Below are positions 11,180 to 19,525 of a stretch of 64,000 nucleotides of DNA, in pieces. Below the pieces are notes generated by a model. That model saw only the letters and a list, made by a program, of their open reading frames with translations. It did not search any database and had not been told where the DNA came from. Position numbers and translations under genes: made by a program. The number at the start of each line of letters is the position of its first letter. Position 1 is the stretch's first letter. This DNA is from an uncultured Clostridia bacterium (GTDB lineage Bacteria > Bacillota > Clostridia > Christensenellales > Borkfalkiaceae): positions 16,443 through 80,442 of the forward strand of contig CALWAU010000026.1 in assembly GCA_944375795.1 (NCBI GenBank). Reading direction: 5' to 3'.

Positions 11180-12076
11180 ATGGGAATATTCGGTAAGCTG
11201 TTCGGGGCGCTCAAAAAGACAAAGGATAATTTTTCCGAAAAACTCAGGGTGCTCTTTTCCAAAAATAAATTGGGCGACGCCTTTTACGAGGAATTGGAGG
11301 AAATTCTCATCTCCTCGGACGTTTCCGTCGCGACGGCGGAGGAGGTCGTCGGGCGGGTCAAGGAGCAGGCCATCGGCGAAAAACTGAAAGACGAGGCGTA
11401 TGTCACCGGGCTTTTGCGCGGCATTCTCGCGGATATCCTCGAGGAGGCGGAGGTGCCGGATATCTCCTATCCCTGCGTCATTATGCTCGTCGGCGTGAAC
11501 GGGGTGGGCAAGACGACTACCATCGGCAAGCTTGCGCACTATTTCCTCGAACGGGGAAAAACGGTGACGGTGGCGGCGGCGGATACCTTCCGCGCGGCGG
11601 CGAGCGAACAGCTCGCGATCTGGGCGGAGCGGGCCAAGGTGCGCATCGTCAAGCACGAAGAAGGGAGCGACCCTGCGGCGGTCATTTTCGACGCCGTTTC
11701 TTCCGCCAAGGCAAAGGGCACGGACGTCGTCATTGTCGATACGGCGGGGCGGCTGCACGTAAAGGACAACCTCATGAAGGAGCTGCAAAAGATGGATCGG
11801 GTGGTTTCGAGGGAATATCCGGAGGCGGATTTTTTGAAGCTCCTCGTGCTCGATGCCACGACGGGGCAGAACGCTCTGTCTCAGGCGCGCGTATTCGACG
11901 ACGCGGTGGAATTGGACGGGCTGGTGCTCACCAAGCTGGACGGCACGGCGAAGGGCGGCTTCGTGTTTTCCCTCGCCGCCGAGCTTGCCCTGCCCGTTAT
12001 TTTCGCGGGTACGGGCGAGAAGATAGAAGACCTCGAAAGGTTCGACGCCAAGAGCTTTGTGGAAGCGATTTTGTAA
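11180..12076 (+). CDS. ftsY: signal recognition particle receptor FtsY
   Basis: I chose ATG 11180 within ORF 11090..12076. It has the SRP GTPase motifs GVNGVGKTTTIGKLA, DTAGRL and TKLDGTAKGG. Confidence 0.93.
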   Translation: MGIFGKLFGALKKTKDNFSEKLRVLFSKNKLGDAFYEELEEILISSDVSVATAEEVVGRVKEQAIGEKLKDEAYVTGLLRGILADILEEAEVPDISYPCVIMLVGVNGVGKTTTIGKLAHYFLERGKTVTVAAADTFRAAASEQLAIWAERAKVRIVKHEEGSDPAAVIFDAVSSAKAKGTDVVIVDTAGRLHVKDNLMKELQKMDRVVSREYPEADFLKLLVLDATTGQNALSQARVFDDAVELDGLVLTKLDGTAKGGFVFSLAAELALPVIFAGTGEKIEDLERFDAKSFVEAIL

Positions 12077-12113
12077 AACGGACAGGGCAGGGTTGAGCTC
12101 ATCGAAAATACGG

Positions 12114-12159
12114 GCGAATGCGATGCGCCGGAAGGCGGGGGCATTCGCTGCGTTTTTTT
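12114..12159 (+). terminator. intrinsic terminator after ftsY
   Basis: Stem GCGAATGC / GCATTCGC encloses an inner CGCC-GGAA-GGCG hairpin. It is followed by TGCGTTTTTTT. Confidence 0.6.
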
Positions 12160-12169
12160 ATACAACACC

Positions 12170-12540
12170 CCCTTGCACAAATGAGCCTCGGAAAAGCGGC
12201 GCTCCGATTTGCTCTTTGCACAAGTCCTGAAAAAGGGTCAAGGGACAATATCCCTTGCGGGTGCAGGGCGGAGCCCGCAAAAGACCCCACAAAAGCAAAC
12301 CAACGGTTTGCGCCCTTACCGCGCAAGCGGTCAATGCGGGCATAAACCCGCAGAACAATCCCTCAGTCATGCTGCGCATGACAGCTCCCTTTGCACAAAG
12401 GAGCCTTGGAAAGAAAGCCGTTTTGACCTTCTCTTTACACAAAGGAGCTTCGGGAAAGCGGTGCTTCGATTTGCTCTTTGCACAAAGGGCCTTGGGAAAG
12501 CGGCAGTCCTTTCCTCCGCGCAAGGGGCTTTTTCCGAAAA
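12170..12540. repeat. repeat-dense intergenic region (CTTTGCACAAAG-type modules)
   Basis: CTTTGCACAAAG-like 12-mers lie at 12172, 12214, 12389, 12433 and 12476. A ~38-nt duplicate lies at 12187-12224 and 12449-12487. Segment 12355-12405 is near-identical to 4061-4112. Confidence 0.8.
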
Positions 12541-12554
12541 AAGCCTTGCGGGGA

Positions 12555-12583
12555 TTGACATTCGGGCAAAAGTATGATAGAAT
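12555..12583 (+). promoter_or_regulatory. sigma-A promoter TTGACA-17-TAGAAT
   Basis: TTGACA at 12555-12560, an exact 17-nt spacer, and TAGAAT at 12578-12583. It lies upstream of the ABC ATPase gene. Confidence 0.65.
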
Positions 12584-12630
12584 GGAAAAAAGTGCCGGGC
12601 GGCACTCTGCGTCCGGCGAGAGGAGAAAAT

Positions 12631-13332
12631 ATGGAAAATATATTGGAATGTATCGGGCTGACGAAGGACTATAAGGGCCTCCGCGCGCTCGATAATCTCA
12701 CCTTTTCCGTGCCGGACGCGGGGAAGGTGGTTGGACTGCTGGGGACCAACGGCAGCGGAAAGACGACGCTCATCAAGCTCATCGCGGGGCTGCTGACGCC
12801 CACCGCCGGCAGCGTTTTCGTCGCGGGGCTGCCCATCGGGACGCAGACGAAGGAAATCGTCGCATACCTGCCCGATACGCACTTTCTCAACGCCTCCTTT
12901 TCGGTGAAGGACGAAGTGGCGTATTACAAGGACTTTTTCGCCGACTTCGACGAAGGGCGGGCGTGGAAGATGATAGACGACCTCGGCGTCGGCAGAACGC
13001 AGAAAGTGCGGACGCTGTCCAAGGGGAACAAGGAGAAGCTGGGGCTTATCCTCACGCTTGCGCGCAATGCGCGGCTGTACATTTTCGACGAACCCATCGC
13101 GGGCGTCGACCCCGCCGCCCGGGATTATATCCTGCGCACCATCCTGAATAACCGCGCGCCCGGCTCCACGATGATCATCTGCACCCATCTCATCGGGGAT
13201 ATCGAGCCGGTACTCGATTACGTCCTCTTTTTACAGGCGGGGAAAATCGTGTTGCAAGGGGGCGCCAACGCCATCCGCAAGGGGGAGGGCAAAACGATCG
13301 ATCAGCTGTTCAGGGAGGTGTTCAGATGGTAG
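12631..13332 (+). CDS. ABC transporter ATP-binding protein
   Basis: ATG 12631 follows GAGAGGAG. It has Walker A (GTNGSGKTT), the signature LSKGNKEKL and Walker B (LYIFDEP). Confidence 0.9.
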   Translation: MENILECIGLTKDYKGLRALDNLTFSVPDAGKVVGLLGTNGSGKTTLIKLIAGLLTPTAGSVFVAGLPIGTQTKEIVAYLPDTHFLNASFSVKDEVAYYKDFFADFDEGRAWKMIDDLGVGRTQKVRTLSKGNKEKLGLILTLARNARLYIFDEPIAGVDPAARDYILRTILNNRAPGSTMIICTHLIGDIEPVLDYVLFLQAGKIVLQGGANAIRKGEGKTIDQLFREVFRW

Positions 13333-14429
13333 CGGACGGAAATAAATATTGGTTTGAAGAGGACGGGACGAACGGATCGGACGGCGGGAAAAATGCCGGG
13401 AAAGATTCGTGGGAGGCTCTGCTCGGAGAGGAAAAGGAGACGGAGGAGAAGGGCGCCGCGGACGCTTCGGGCGTTTCGGGCGCTTCAGAAGCTCCGCAAG
13501 ACCCTGCCCCCGCACCTTCCGCGCCGCAGGCGTCCGGGACTCCGTATCGCTCGGCATACGAAATACGGCTTTCGGCCATGCAGGGCAGGCCAAAGGCCGT
13601 GCGCGGGAAGATGCTTCGGACGCTGATGAGATACGATTACAAGGAGATTTTCAAAATTCTCTTTCCCTGCTATATCGCGCTGGCGGCCGCCACGGTGTTG
13701 TATCTCGTCGTAAGCGAAATTGCCGGTCGGGTATTGTCGGATTCTTCCGGGGAGTTTATCTTGTACGCCACGGCCGTCGCAAGCTCGCTGTACGGGATTT
13801 CTGCCGCCGTATGCGGCGTCGCGCCCGTCGTTATGGTCGTTCAGAGATTTTACAAGAATCTCTTTACCGCGGAGGGATATCTGACTTTAAGCATTCCCGC
13901 AACCCCGCAGGAACAGCTTTTGTCCAAATTTCTTTCCGCGATTTCCGCGCTTTTTCTGTCGTTGATAATTACGAGCCTTTTCGATATTGTCCGCCTGCTT
14001 CCGCACATGAGCTACGGCACCTTTCTGACGAATACGCAGCTGGGGATGCTTTGGGATATGTGTCAGAGCACCGATTTGCCCGTGCTTACCTGTATCGAGG
14101 CGATTTTGCTGATTGCGGCGGCGAATATCGTTTCCCTGCATCTCTTTTACGTCTGCATTTGCTTCGGGCAGATGGTCACTTCCAGAAACAAGGGTTGGGC
14201 GGCGATCGGTTTTTACGTCCTCTTTACGTTCGGGGGCGGGCTTCTCCTTTCCGTCTTTCTCGTGGGCCTGGTGATGGACCTCGCGGACGGCGGCGGTCTG
14301 GTGAATCTTTTCCGTTTTCTCGGCCTGCACGGCACCTTGTGGCTGGGCGTGGCGATATGTCTTGCGCTTTCTGTCGGCGCGTGGTTCATCGAAAAATACG
14401 TGATGAGCAAAAAAATCAATTTGTCGTAA
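13326..14429 (+). CDS. polytopic membrane protein, probable permease partner of the preceding ATPase
   Basis: The ATG overlaps the ATPase stop codon (ATGGTAG) and has GGGAGG upstream. The first ~90 aa are acidic and low in complexity. About 6 hydrophobic helices follow. Confidence 0.7.
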   Translation: MVADGNKYWFEEDGTNGSDGGKNAGKDSWEALLGEEKETEEKGAADASGVSGASEAPQDPAPAPSAPQASGTPYRSAYEIRLSAMQGRPKAVRGKMLRTLMRYDYKEIFKILFPCYIALAAATVLYLVVSEIAGRVLSDSSGEFILYATAVASSLYGISAAVCGVAPVVMVVQRFYKNLFTAEGYLTLSIPATPQEQLLSKFLSAISALFLSLIITSLFDIVRLLPHMSYGTFLTNTQLGMLWDMCQSTDLPVLTCIEAILLIAAANIVSLHLFYVCICFGQMVTSRNKGWAAIGFYVLFTFGGGLLLSVFLVGLVMDLADGGGLVNLFRFLGLHGTLWLGVAICLALSVGAWFIEKYVMSKKINLS

Positions 14430-14441
14430 GGAAGCCCGCGC

Positions 14442-15110
14442 ATGAAAATCGATATTCTCACCCTCTTTCCCGAAATGTTTTCCGCGCTGGGAGAAAGTAT
14501 CCTCGGCAGGGCGCAGAAAGCGGGAAAAATTGCCATCAACGTCGTGAATATCCGCGATTATACCGAGGATAAGCACCTCAAATGCGACGATTACCCCTTC
14601 GGCGGCGGCGCGGGTATGGTGATGATGCCCCAGCCCATCGGCAGCGCGATAGACGCGCTGGATAAGGAACATAAGGCGCATCGCATCTATCTTTCTCCCA
14701 AGGGGGAAACTCTGCGGCAGCAAAAGGTTTTTTCCCTGCTCGCTTACGAGCATCTGATTCTGTTGTGCGGGCATTACGAGGGGATAGATCAGCGCGTCAT
14801 CGATTTGTTTATCGACGAGGAAATTTCCATCGGGGATTATGTGCTGACGGGCGGGGAACTGCCCGCGATGGTGTTGGTGGATTGCGTCTCCCGCTACGTG
14901 GACGGAGTAATCAGCACTTCCTCCCTCGTGGACGAGAGTTTTTCGGACGGCCTGCTCGAATATCCGCAGTATACCCGCCCGCAGGAGTATCGGGGATTGA
15001 CCGTCCCCGAGGTGCTGCTGAGCGGCGACCATGCCAAAGTGGACAAATGGCGCAGGGAACAGGCGGTGAAGCTGACGAGGGCACAGCGGCCCGATTTGCT
15101 GCAAAAATAA
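14442..15110 (+). CDS. trmD: tRNA (guanine37-N1)-methyltransferase
   Basis: 222-aa ORF. It starts MKIDILTLFPEMF and contains DDYPFGGGAGMVM and LLCGHYEGIDQRV. Confidence 0.94.
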   Translation: MKIDILTLFPEMFSALGESILGRAQKAGKIAINVVNIRDYTEDKHLKCDDYPFGGGAGMVMMPQPIGSAIDALDKEHKAHRIYLSPKGETLRQQKVFSLLAYEHLILLCGHYEGIDQRVIDLFIDEEISIGDYVLTGGELPAMVLVDCVSRYVDGVISTSSLVDESFSDGLLEYPQYTRPQEYRGLTVPEVLLSGDHAKVDKWRREQAVKLTRAQRPDLLQK

Positions 15111-15180
15111 CGGTTATCAATGCGCTCGCCGCAACCCTGCCTGCCGTATTTGCAGGGACGGCCCGCGCGGAGCACAGGCT

Positions 15181-16041
15181 ATGGCAAAGACGATACAATG
15201 GTTTCCGGGACACATGACCCGCGCGATGCGGGACATGGAGGAAAAACGTTCGCTGTGCGACGGGGTGATTTTCGTGCTGGACGCGCGTGCCCCCGCGGCG
15301 ACCTTCAACAAAAATCTGCAGAAGATTTTCGGCGGAAAGCCCGTTTTATATCTTTTGAACAAAGCCGACCTCGCGGACGGCGGGGCGGAGGAATTCCGCC
15401 GCATGATTTCGGAAAAGGGCAGGCATTGCCTTTTGTGCAATGCGGCGTCCGCGGCCTCGGGGCGCGCTCTCGCGCGCGAGCTTGCGCTCATGACGCAGGA
15501 AAAGCGGGCGCGGGCGGAGGACAAAGGGCTCTCCCGCACCTTCCGGTTCATGGTGGCGGGCATTCCCAATACGGGGAAGAGCACGATTGTCAACCTTCTG
15601 GGCGGCAGAAAGCGCGCCAAGACGGGGGACAAGGCGGGCGTGACCCGGGACGTGCGCTGGCTGCGGTGCGGCGCGTTCGATTTGCTGGACACGCCGGGCA
15701 CCATGCCGCCCGCCTTTGACAGCCAGCTTCTCGCCCGACATCTCGCCTATATCGGCAGCATCAATGACGATATCCTCGACAAGGAGGACGTCGCGCTGGA
15801 GCTTTTGGGCGAGCTGGCGGAAAAGTATCCGCAATACCTTTCGGAGCGTTACGGCATCGCGGATTTTTCGGACAGGGCGGCCATGTATGAAGCGGTTTGC
15901 AGGCGCAGGGGACTGATTCTGAAGGGCGGAGAGCCGGATTACGAGCGGGGGGCGAACGCCCTGCTGGACGATTTCCGCAAGGGAAGGCTGGGAAGGGTGT
16001 GCCTGGAGCGCGCCGCGGATTTCCGCGAACTTCCCTTCTGA
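15181..16041 (+). CDS. rbgA: ribosome biogenesis GTPase A (YlqF/RbgA)
   Basis: It starts IQWFPGHMTRA. The GTPase motifs are circularly permuted: LLNKADL comes before GIPNTGKST and DTPG. Confidence 0.9.
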   Translation: MAKTIQWFPGHMTRAMRDMEEKRSLCDGVIFVLDARAPAATFNKNLQKIFGGKPVLYLLNKADLADGGAEEFRRMISEKGRHCLLCNAASAASGRALARELALMTQEKRARAEDKGLSRTFRFMVAGIPNTGKSTIVNLLGGRKRAKTGDKAGVTRDVRWLRCGAFDLLDTPGTMPPAFDSQLLARHLAYIGSINDDILDKEDVALELLGELAEKYPQYLSERYGIADFSDRAAMYEAVCRRRGLILKGGEPDYERGANALLDDFRKGRLGRVCLERAADFRELPF

Positions 16042-16118
16042 ATGCGCCTTTATGACGGCGGGACGTTCGACAAAATACCTGCCTCGCGGAAATTGAGAAA
16101 TCGGACGGACGTAAGACC

Positions 16119-16781
16119 ATGCGGGATAAAGATAAAGGGCGGCAGAGCGCCGCGGAAAAATTTGCCTTTGAAAGGTTGCTTGCGCGGGGACTTCCGACGG
16201 CGGGCGTCGACGAAGTGGGGCGGGGGCCGCTGGCGGGCCCCGTCGTGTGCGCGGCGGTGGTGATGCCGGCGGAGGAGGCCCTCCTCATCGAGGGGGTGGA
16301 CGACAGCAAAAAGCTTTCCCCGAAACGTCGGGAGGCGCTGGAAAAACTTATCCGCGAAAGGGCGCTTGCCTGTACCGTGTACGAGGTGAGCGAAAAAGTC
16401 ATCGACGAAATCAACATTTTGCAGGCGACGAGGCTGGGGATGCGGGAAGCGGTTCTGGCGTTGGATACGGCGGTGGGAACGGTGCTGACGGACGGCAACA
16501 TGACGTTGGATATTCCCTTTCCGCAAAGGAGCGTCGTGCACGGGGATGCGCTCTCCTATTCGATCGGCGCCGCGAGTATCGTCGCCAAGGTCTATCGCGA
16601 CGCGCTGATGGACAGGTATGCCGAGCTGTACCCGCAGTACGGATTCGAGCGGAACAAGGGTTACGGCACGGCGGAGCATATCGAAGCGATCAGGGAGTAC
16701 GGATTATGCCCGATTCACCGCAGGACGTTCACAAAAAAGCTTTGGGAAAAAGGGGAGAGCGGCTGGCGGAAAAATACCTGA
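16119..16781 (+). CDS. rnhB: ribonuclease HII
   Basis: It carries the motifs GVDEVGRGPLAGPV, DDSKKLS and DALSYSIGAASIVAKV. Confidence 0.9.
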   Translation: MRDKDKGRQSAAEKFAFERLLARGLPTAGVDEVGRGPLAGPVVCAAVVMPAEEALLIEGVDDSKKLSPKRREALEKLIRERALACTVYEVSEKVIDEINILQATRLGMREAVLALDTAVGTVLTDGNMTLDIPFPQRSVVHGDALSYSIGAASIVAKVYRDALMDRYAELYPQYGFERNKGYGTAEHIEAIREYGLCPIHRRTFTKKLWEKGESGWRKNT

Positions 16782-17065
16782 AAGCCGCGGGCTGCAAAAT
16801 TCTGCGCCGCAATTACCGCACCCCGTTCGGGGAGGCGGATCTCGTCGTGAAGGACGGGGAGGAAATTGCCTTCGTGGAGGTCAAAACGCGCACTTCCGAC
16901 GCTTACGGCACTCCGGCGGAGGGAGTGGTGTACGGCAAGCGTCTCCGCTATGAAAAAATCGCGCGCTTTTATTGGATGGAAACGGGGAAGGAGCCGAATG
17001 CCCGTTTCGACGTGGTGGAGGTTTTTGCGGACGATTGCGTGCGGCATTGCAAAAACGCTTTCTGA
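16706..17065 (+). CDS. yraN: YraN family (UPF0102) predicted endonuclease
   Basis: ATG 16706 lies within ORF 16247..17065 and overlaps the rnhB 3' end. The 119-aa product contains GERLAEKYL..GCKILRRNYRTPFGEADLV...AFVEVKTR. Confidence 0.85.
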   Translation: MPDSPQDVHKKALGKRGERLAEKYLKAAGCKILRRNYRTPFGEADLVVKDGEEIAFVEVKTRTSDAYGTPAEGVVYGKRLRYEKIARFYWMETGKEPNARFDVVEVFADDCVRHCKNAF

Positions 17066-17165
17066 GTACCCGGACGGACAAATGAGAGGGGCGCTTTGTC
17101 GGAACTCTCAAAGTATGATAAAAAACGACAAAATTTGAGAAAAAGGGATTTCGGGCGACAGTGAT

Positions 17166-17194
17166 TTGACAACTTTTTTACATTGTGATATAGT
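17166..17194 (+). promoter_or_regulatory. consensus sigma-A promoter TTGACA-17-TATAGT
   Basis: TTGACA at 17166-17171, a 17-nt spacer, and TATAGT at 17189-17194. It lies about 90 nt upstream of the purine riboswitch. Confidence 0.7.
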
Positions 17195-17284
17195 AGTGAT
17201 GAAATGATGGGCGTCTGGTTTTTTCCTTTTCGCGAAAGCTCGCGGAGGAGGACAGGCCCCCGGCACGGAAACAACTGCATACAG

Positions 17285-17355
17285 CCGATATAGGCCTCCT
17301 GAAGCGGCGGAGGCGTTTCTACCGCGATGCCCGAAAATAAAATCGCGACTATTGG
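17285..17355 (+). promoter_or_regulatory. purine riboswitch, guanine/xanthine type
   Basis: P1 is CCGAUA/UAUUGG, P2 is GCCUCC/GGAGGC and P3 is CGCGAU/AUCGCG. J2/3 is GUUUCUAC, and ACUAU follows P3 with C at the specificity position, as in the B. subtilis xpt aptamer. A downstream hairpin GGCGG-TCTG-CCGCC followed by TTTT (17393-17410) is a weak terminator candidate. The element lies directly upstream of xpt. Confidence 0.75.
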
Positions 17356-17428
17356 ACTTACCTGCGGATTTTGCGGGAAGATTGGCGGTGACGGCGGTCT
17401 GCCGCCTTTTACGTTTTGGTGAAGAACT

Positions 17429-18001
17429 ATGCAAGCATTGGAAGAAAAAATCGCGAGGGAGGGGACGGTGCTCCCGGGCGGCGTCCTCAAGGTGGGCAGC
17501 TTTCTCAATCAGCAGATAGACACGGTGTTTCTCAAAGAAATGGCGAAAGAGGCGGGCAGGCTGTTTGCGGGAAGGCCCGTCACCAAGGTCCTGACGGTGG
17601 AGGCGTCGGGGATCGCGTTTGCGACCGCCGTCGCGCTCGAGCTGGGCGTGCCCATGGTATTCGCCAAGAAGCACCCTTCCGCCAATGTGAGCGGCGAACA
17701 GTATTACGCACCCGTGTATTCGTTCACGCATAAAACGACCTATATCATTTCCGTCAGCCGCGAGTATCTGAAGCGGGAGGACAAGGTTCTCATCACCGAC
17801 GATTTTCTCGCCAACGGCAACGCCTTGAAGGGCCTGATCTCCATCGTGGACCAGGCGGGCGCCGAAGTGGTGGGCTGTTGCGCGGAGATCGAAAAGGGCT
17901 TCCAGGGCGGCGGCGACGAGCTCCGCGGGCGGGGCTATAAAGTGGAATCGCTTGCGATCGTGGAGAAAATGGAGGACGGAAAAATTGAATTCCGCCGTTA
18001 A
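17429..18001 (+). CDS. xpt: xanthine phosphoribosyltransferase
   Basis: 190-aa ORF. It contains LEEKI..EG.VLPGGVLKV..FLNQQID and the PRPP-binding loop VLITDDFLANGNA. Confidence 0.93.
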   Translation: MQALEEKIAREGTVLPGGVLKVGSFLNQQIDTVFLKEMAKEAGRLFAGRPVTKVLTVEASGIAFATAVALELGVPMVFAKKHPSANVSGEQYYAPVYSFTHKTTYIISVSREYLKREDKVLITDDFLANGNALKGLISIVDQAGAEVVGCCAEIEKGFQGGGDELRGRGYKVESLAIVEKMEDGKIEFRR

Positions 18002-18126
18002 AATGCGGCAGCCGGGTATGAGATGAACGCTTTTTGCGCAATTTTGCGCGACGTCGGCTGCGGCATTCGGTTATGTAAAGACAAAAAATTGTCCGTGCAA
18101 AAAGCGGACAGTAAGGAGAAAATCAT

Positions 18127-19449
18127 ATGAAGAAATTGGTAACTGTTGCACTTTCCGCCGTACTGGCTGCAAGCACGGTGGTTGGTCTTTCTTCCTGCGG
18201 CGAGGGCGGAGGTACTGGCGATGCGGTACTGCTTCCTCTGCCCGCGTATGAAAACATCGAAGAGCCGGATTATTCCGACGTGACGATCCCGGAGGATTTC
18301 AAGTTTGGTTTGATTTGTCTGCACGACGAGGCGTCCACTTATGACAAGAATTTCATCGACGCCGCACGGAAGGCTGCTCAGGAAATGGGGCTTTCCGACA
18401 GTCAGCTCGTCATGAGAACGAACATTCCCGAGTTGGCGGAATGCAGAGAGGCCGCGCTCGACCTCGTGGATCAGGGTTGCGATGTCATTTTTGCGGATTC
18501 GTTCGGGCATGAACAGTGGATGTTGGAGGCCGCGAAAGCCGAAGGCTCGGAAAACGTGGAGTTCTGCCATGCGACGGGCACGACGGCGCATACCGCGAAT
18601 CAGGACAATTTCCACAATGCGTTTGCGTCCATCTATGAGGGCAGATATCTTGCGGGTATCGCCGCGGGCATGGAACTCAATCAGATGATCGAGGACGGCG
18701 AAATTACCGCCTCCGAGGCCAAGATGGGTTATGTCGGTGCCTATACCTATGCGGAAGTGATTTCCGGTTATACGTCTTTTTACCTGGGCGCCAAGTCCGT
18801 TTGCCCCACGGTCACGATGGAAGTGCAGTTTACAGGTTCTTGGTATGACGTTACCGCGGAGAGAACCGCTGCGGAGAGTTTGATTTCCCGGGGCTGCAAA
18901 CTGATTTCTCAGCATGCCGATTCCATGGGCGCGCCTACTGCCTGCGAGGAAGCCGGTGTCCCCAACGTTTCTTATAACGGCAGCACCATCGAGGCCTGTC
19001 CCGAAACGTTTATCGTTTCTTCCAGAATCGATTGGACTCCTTATTTCAAATATATCATTGCCCAAACCATTCGCGGGGAAGAAATTGCCGACGACTGGAC
19101 AGGGACCATCGCGACAGGTTCCGTCGTCCTTACCGATTTGAACTCCAACACCGCAACGCAAGAGACAGTGGATGCGATTGTCGCCGCCAGAACGCAGCTC
19201 GCCAACGGCACTTTGAACGTGTTTGACACTTCTAAGTTTACCGTGACCAAGACGGATACGCTGAACACGCGCGCTACGGTCGACGAAAACGGCAGATTGA
19301 CCGCTTATATGGCACAAGTGGACGGCATGGATGCGGCGGGCGATACCCAGGTCGTCGAAAACGGAGTGTTTGAAGAGTCCACATTCCGTTCCGCGCCTTA
19401 TTTCGATGTGCAGATTGACGGAATTACTCTTTTGAATTCCGCATTTTAA
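18127..19449 (+). CDS. BMP-family ABC transporter substrate-binding lipoprotein (nucleoside-type)
   Basis: It has a lipobox (VVGLSSC) and AAGGAG upstream. Similarity to the Bmp/PnrA fold includes GYVGAYTYAEVISGY. It lies at the head of a four-gene ABC importer operon. Confidence 0.8.
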   Translation: MKKLVTVALSAVLAASTVVGLSSCGEGGGTGDAVLLPLPAYENIEEPDYSDVTIPEDFKFGLICLHDEASTYDKNFIDAARKAAQEMGLSDSQLVMRTNIPELAECREAALDLVDQGCDVIFADSFGHEQWMLEAAKAEGSENVEFCHATGTTAHTANQDNFHNAFASIYEGRYLAGIAAGMELNQMIEDGEITASEAKMGYVGAYTYAEVISGYTSFYLGAKSVCPTVTMEVQFTGSWYDVTAERTAAESLISRGCKLISQHADSMGAPTACEEAGVPNVSYNGSTIEACPETFIVSSRIDWTPYFKYIIAQTIRGEEIADDWTGTIATGSVVLTDLNSNTATQETVDAIVAARTQLANGTLNVFDTSKFTVTKTDTLNTRATVDENGRLTAYMAQVDGMDAAGDTQVVENGVFEESTFRSAPYFDVQIDGITLLNSAF

Positions 19450-19472
19450 GTATCGGAACTTTATTGAATTGC

Positions 19473-19496
19473 GGGCGGAGTAGTTTTACTCCGCCC
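19473..19496 (+). terminator. hairpin after the binding-protein gene (possible intra-operon attenuator)
   Basis: 10-bp stem GGGCGGAGTA/TACTCCGCCC with a 4-nt loop, followed by GATGTTGATTTT. Confidence 0.4.
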
Positions 19497-19525
19497 GATG
19501 TTGATTTTCCTTTCGGAGGCCGATA

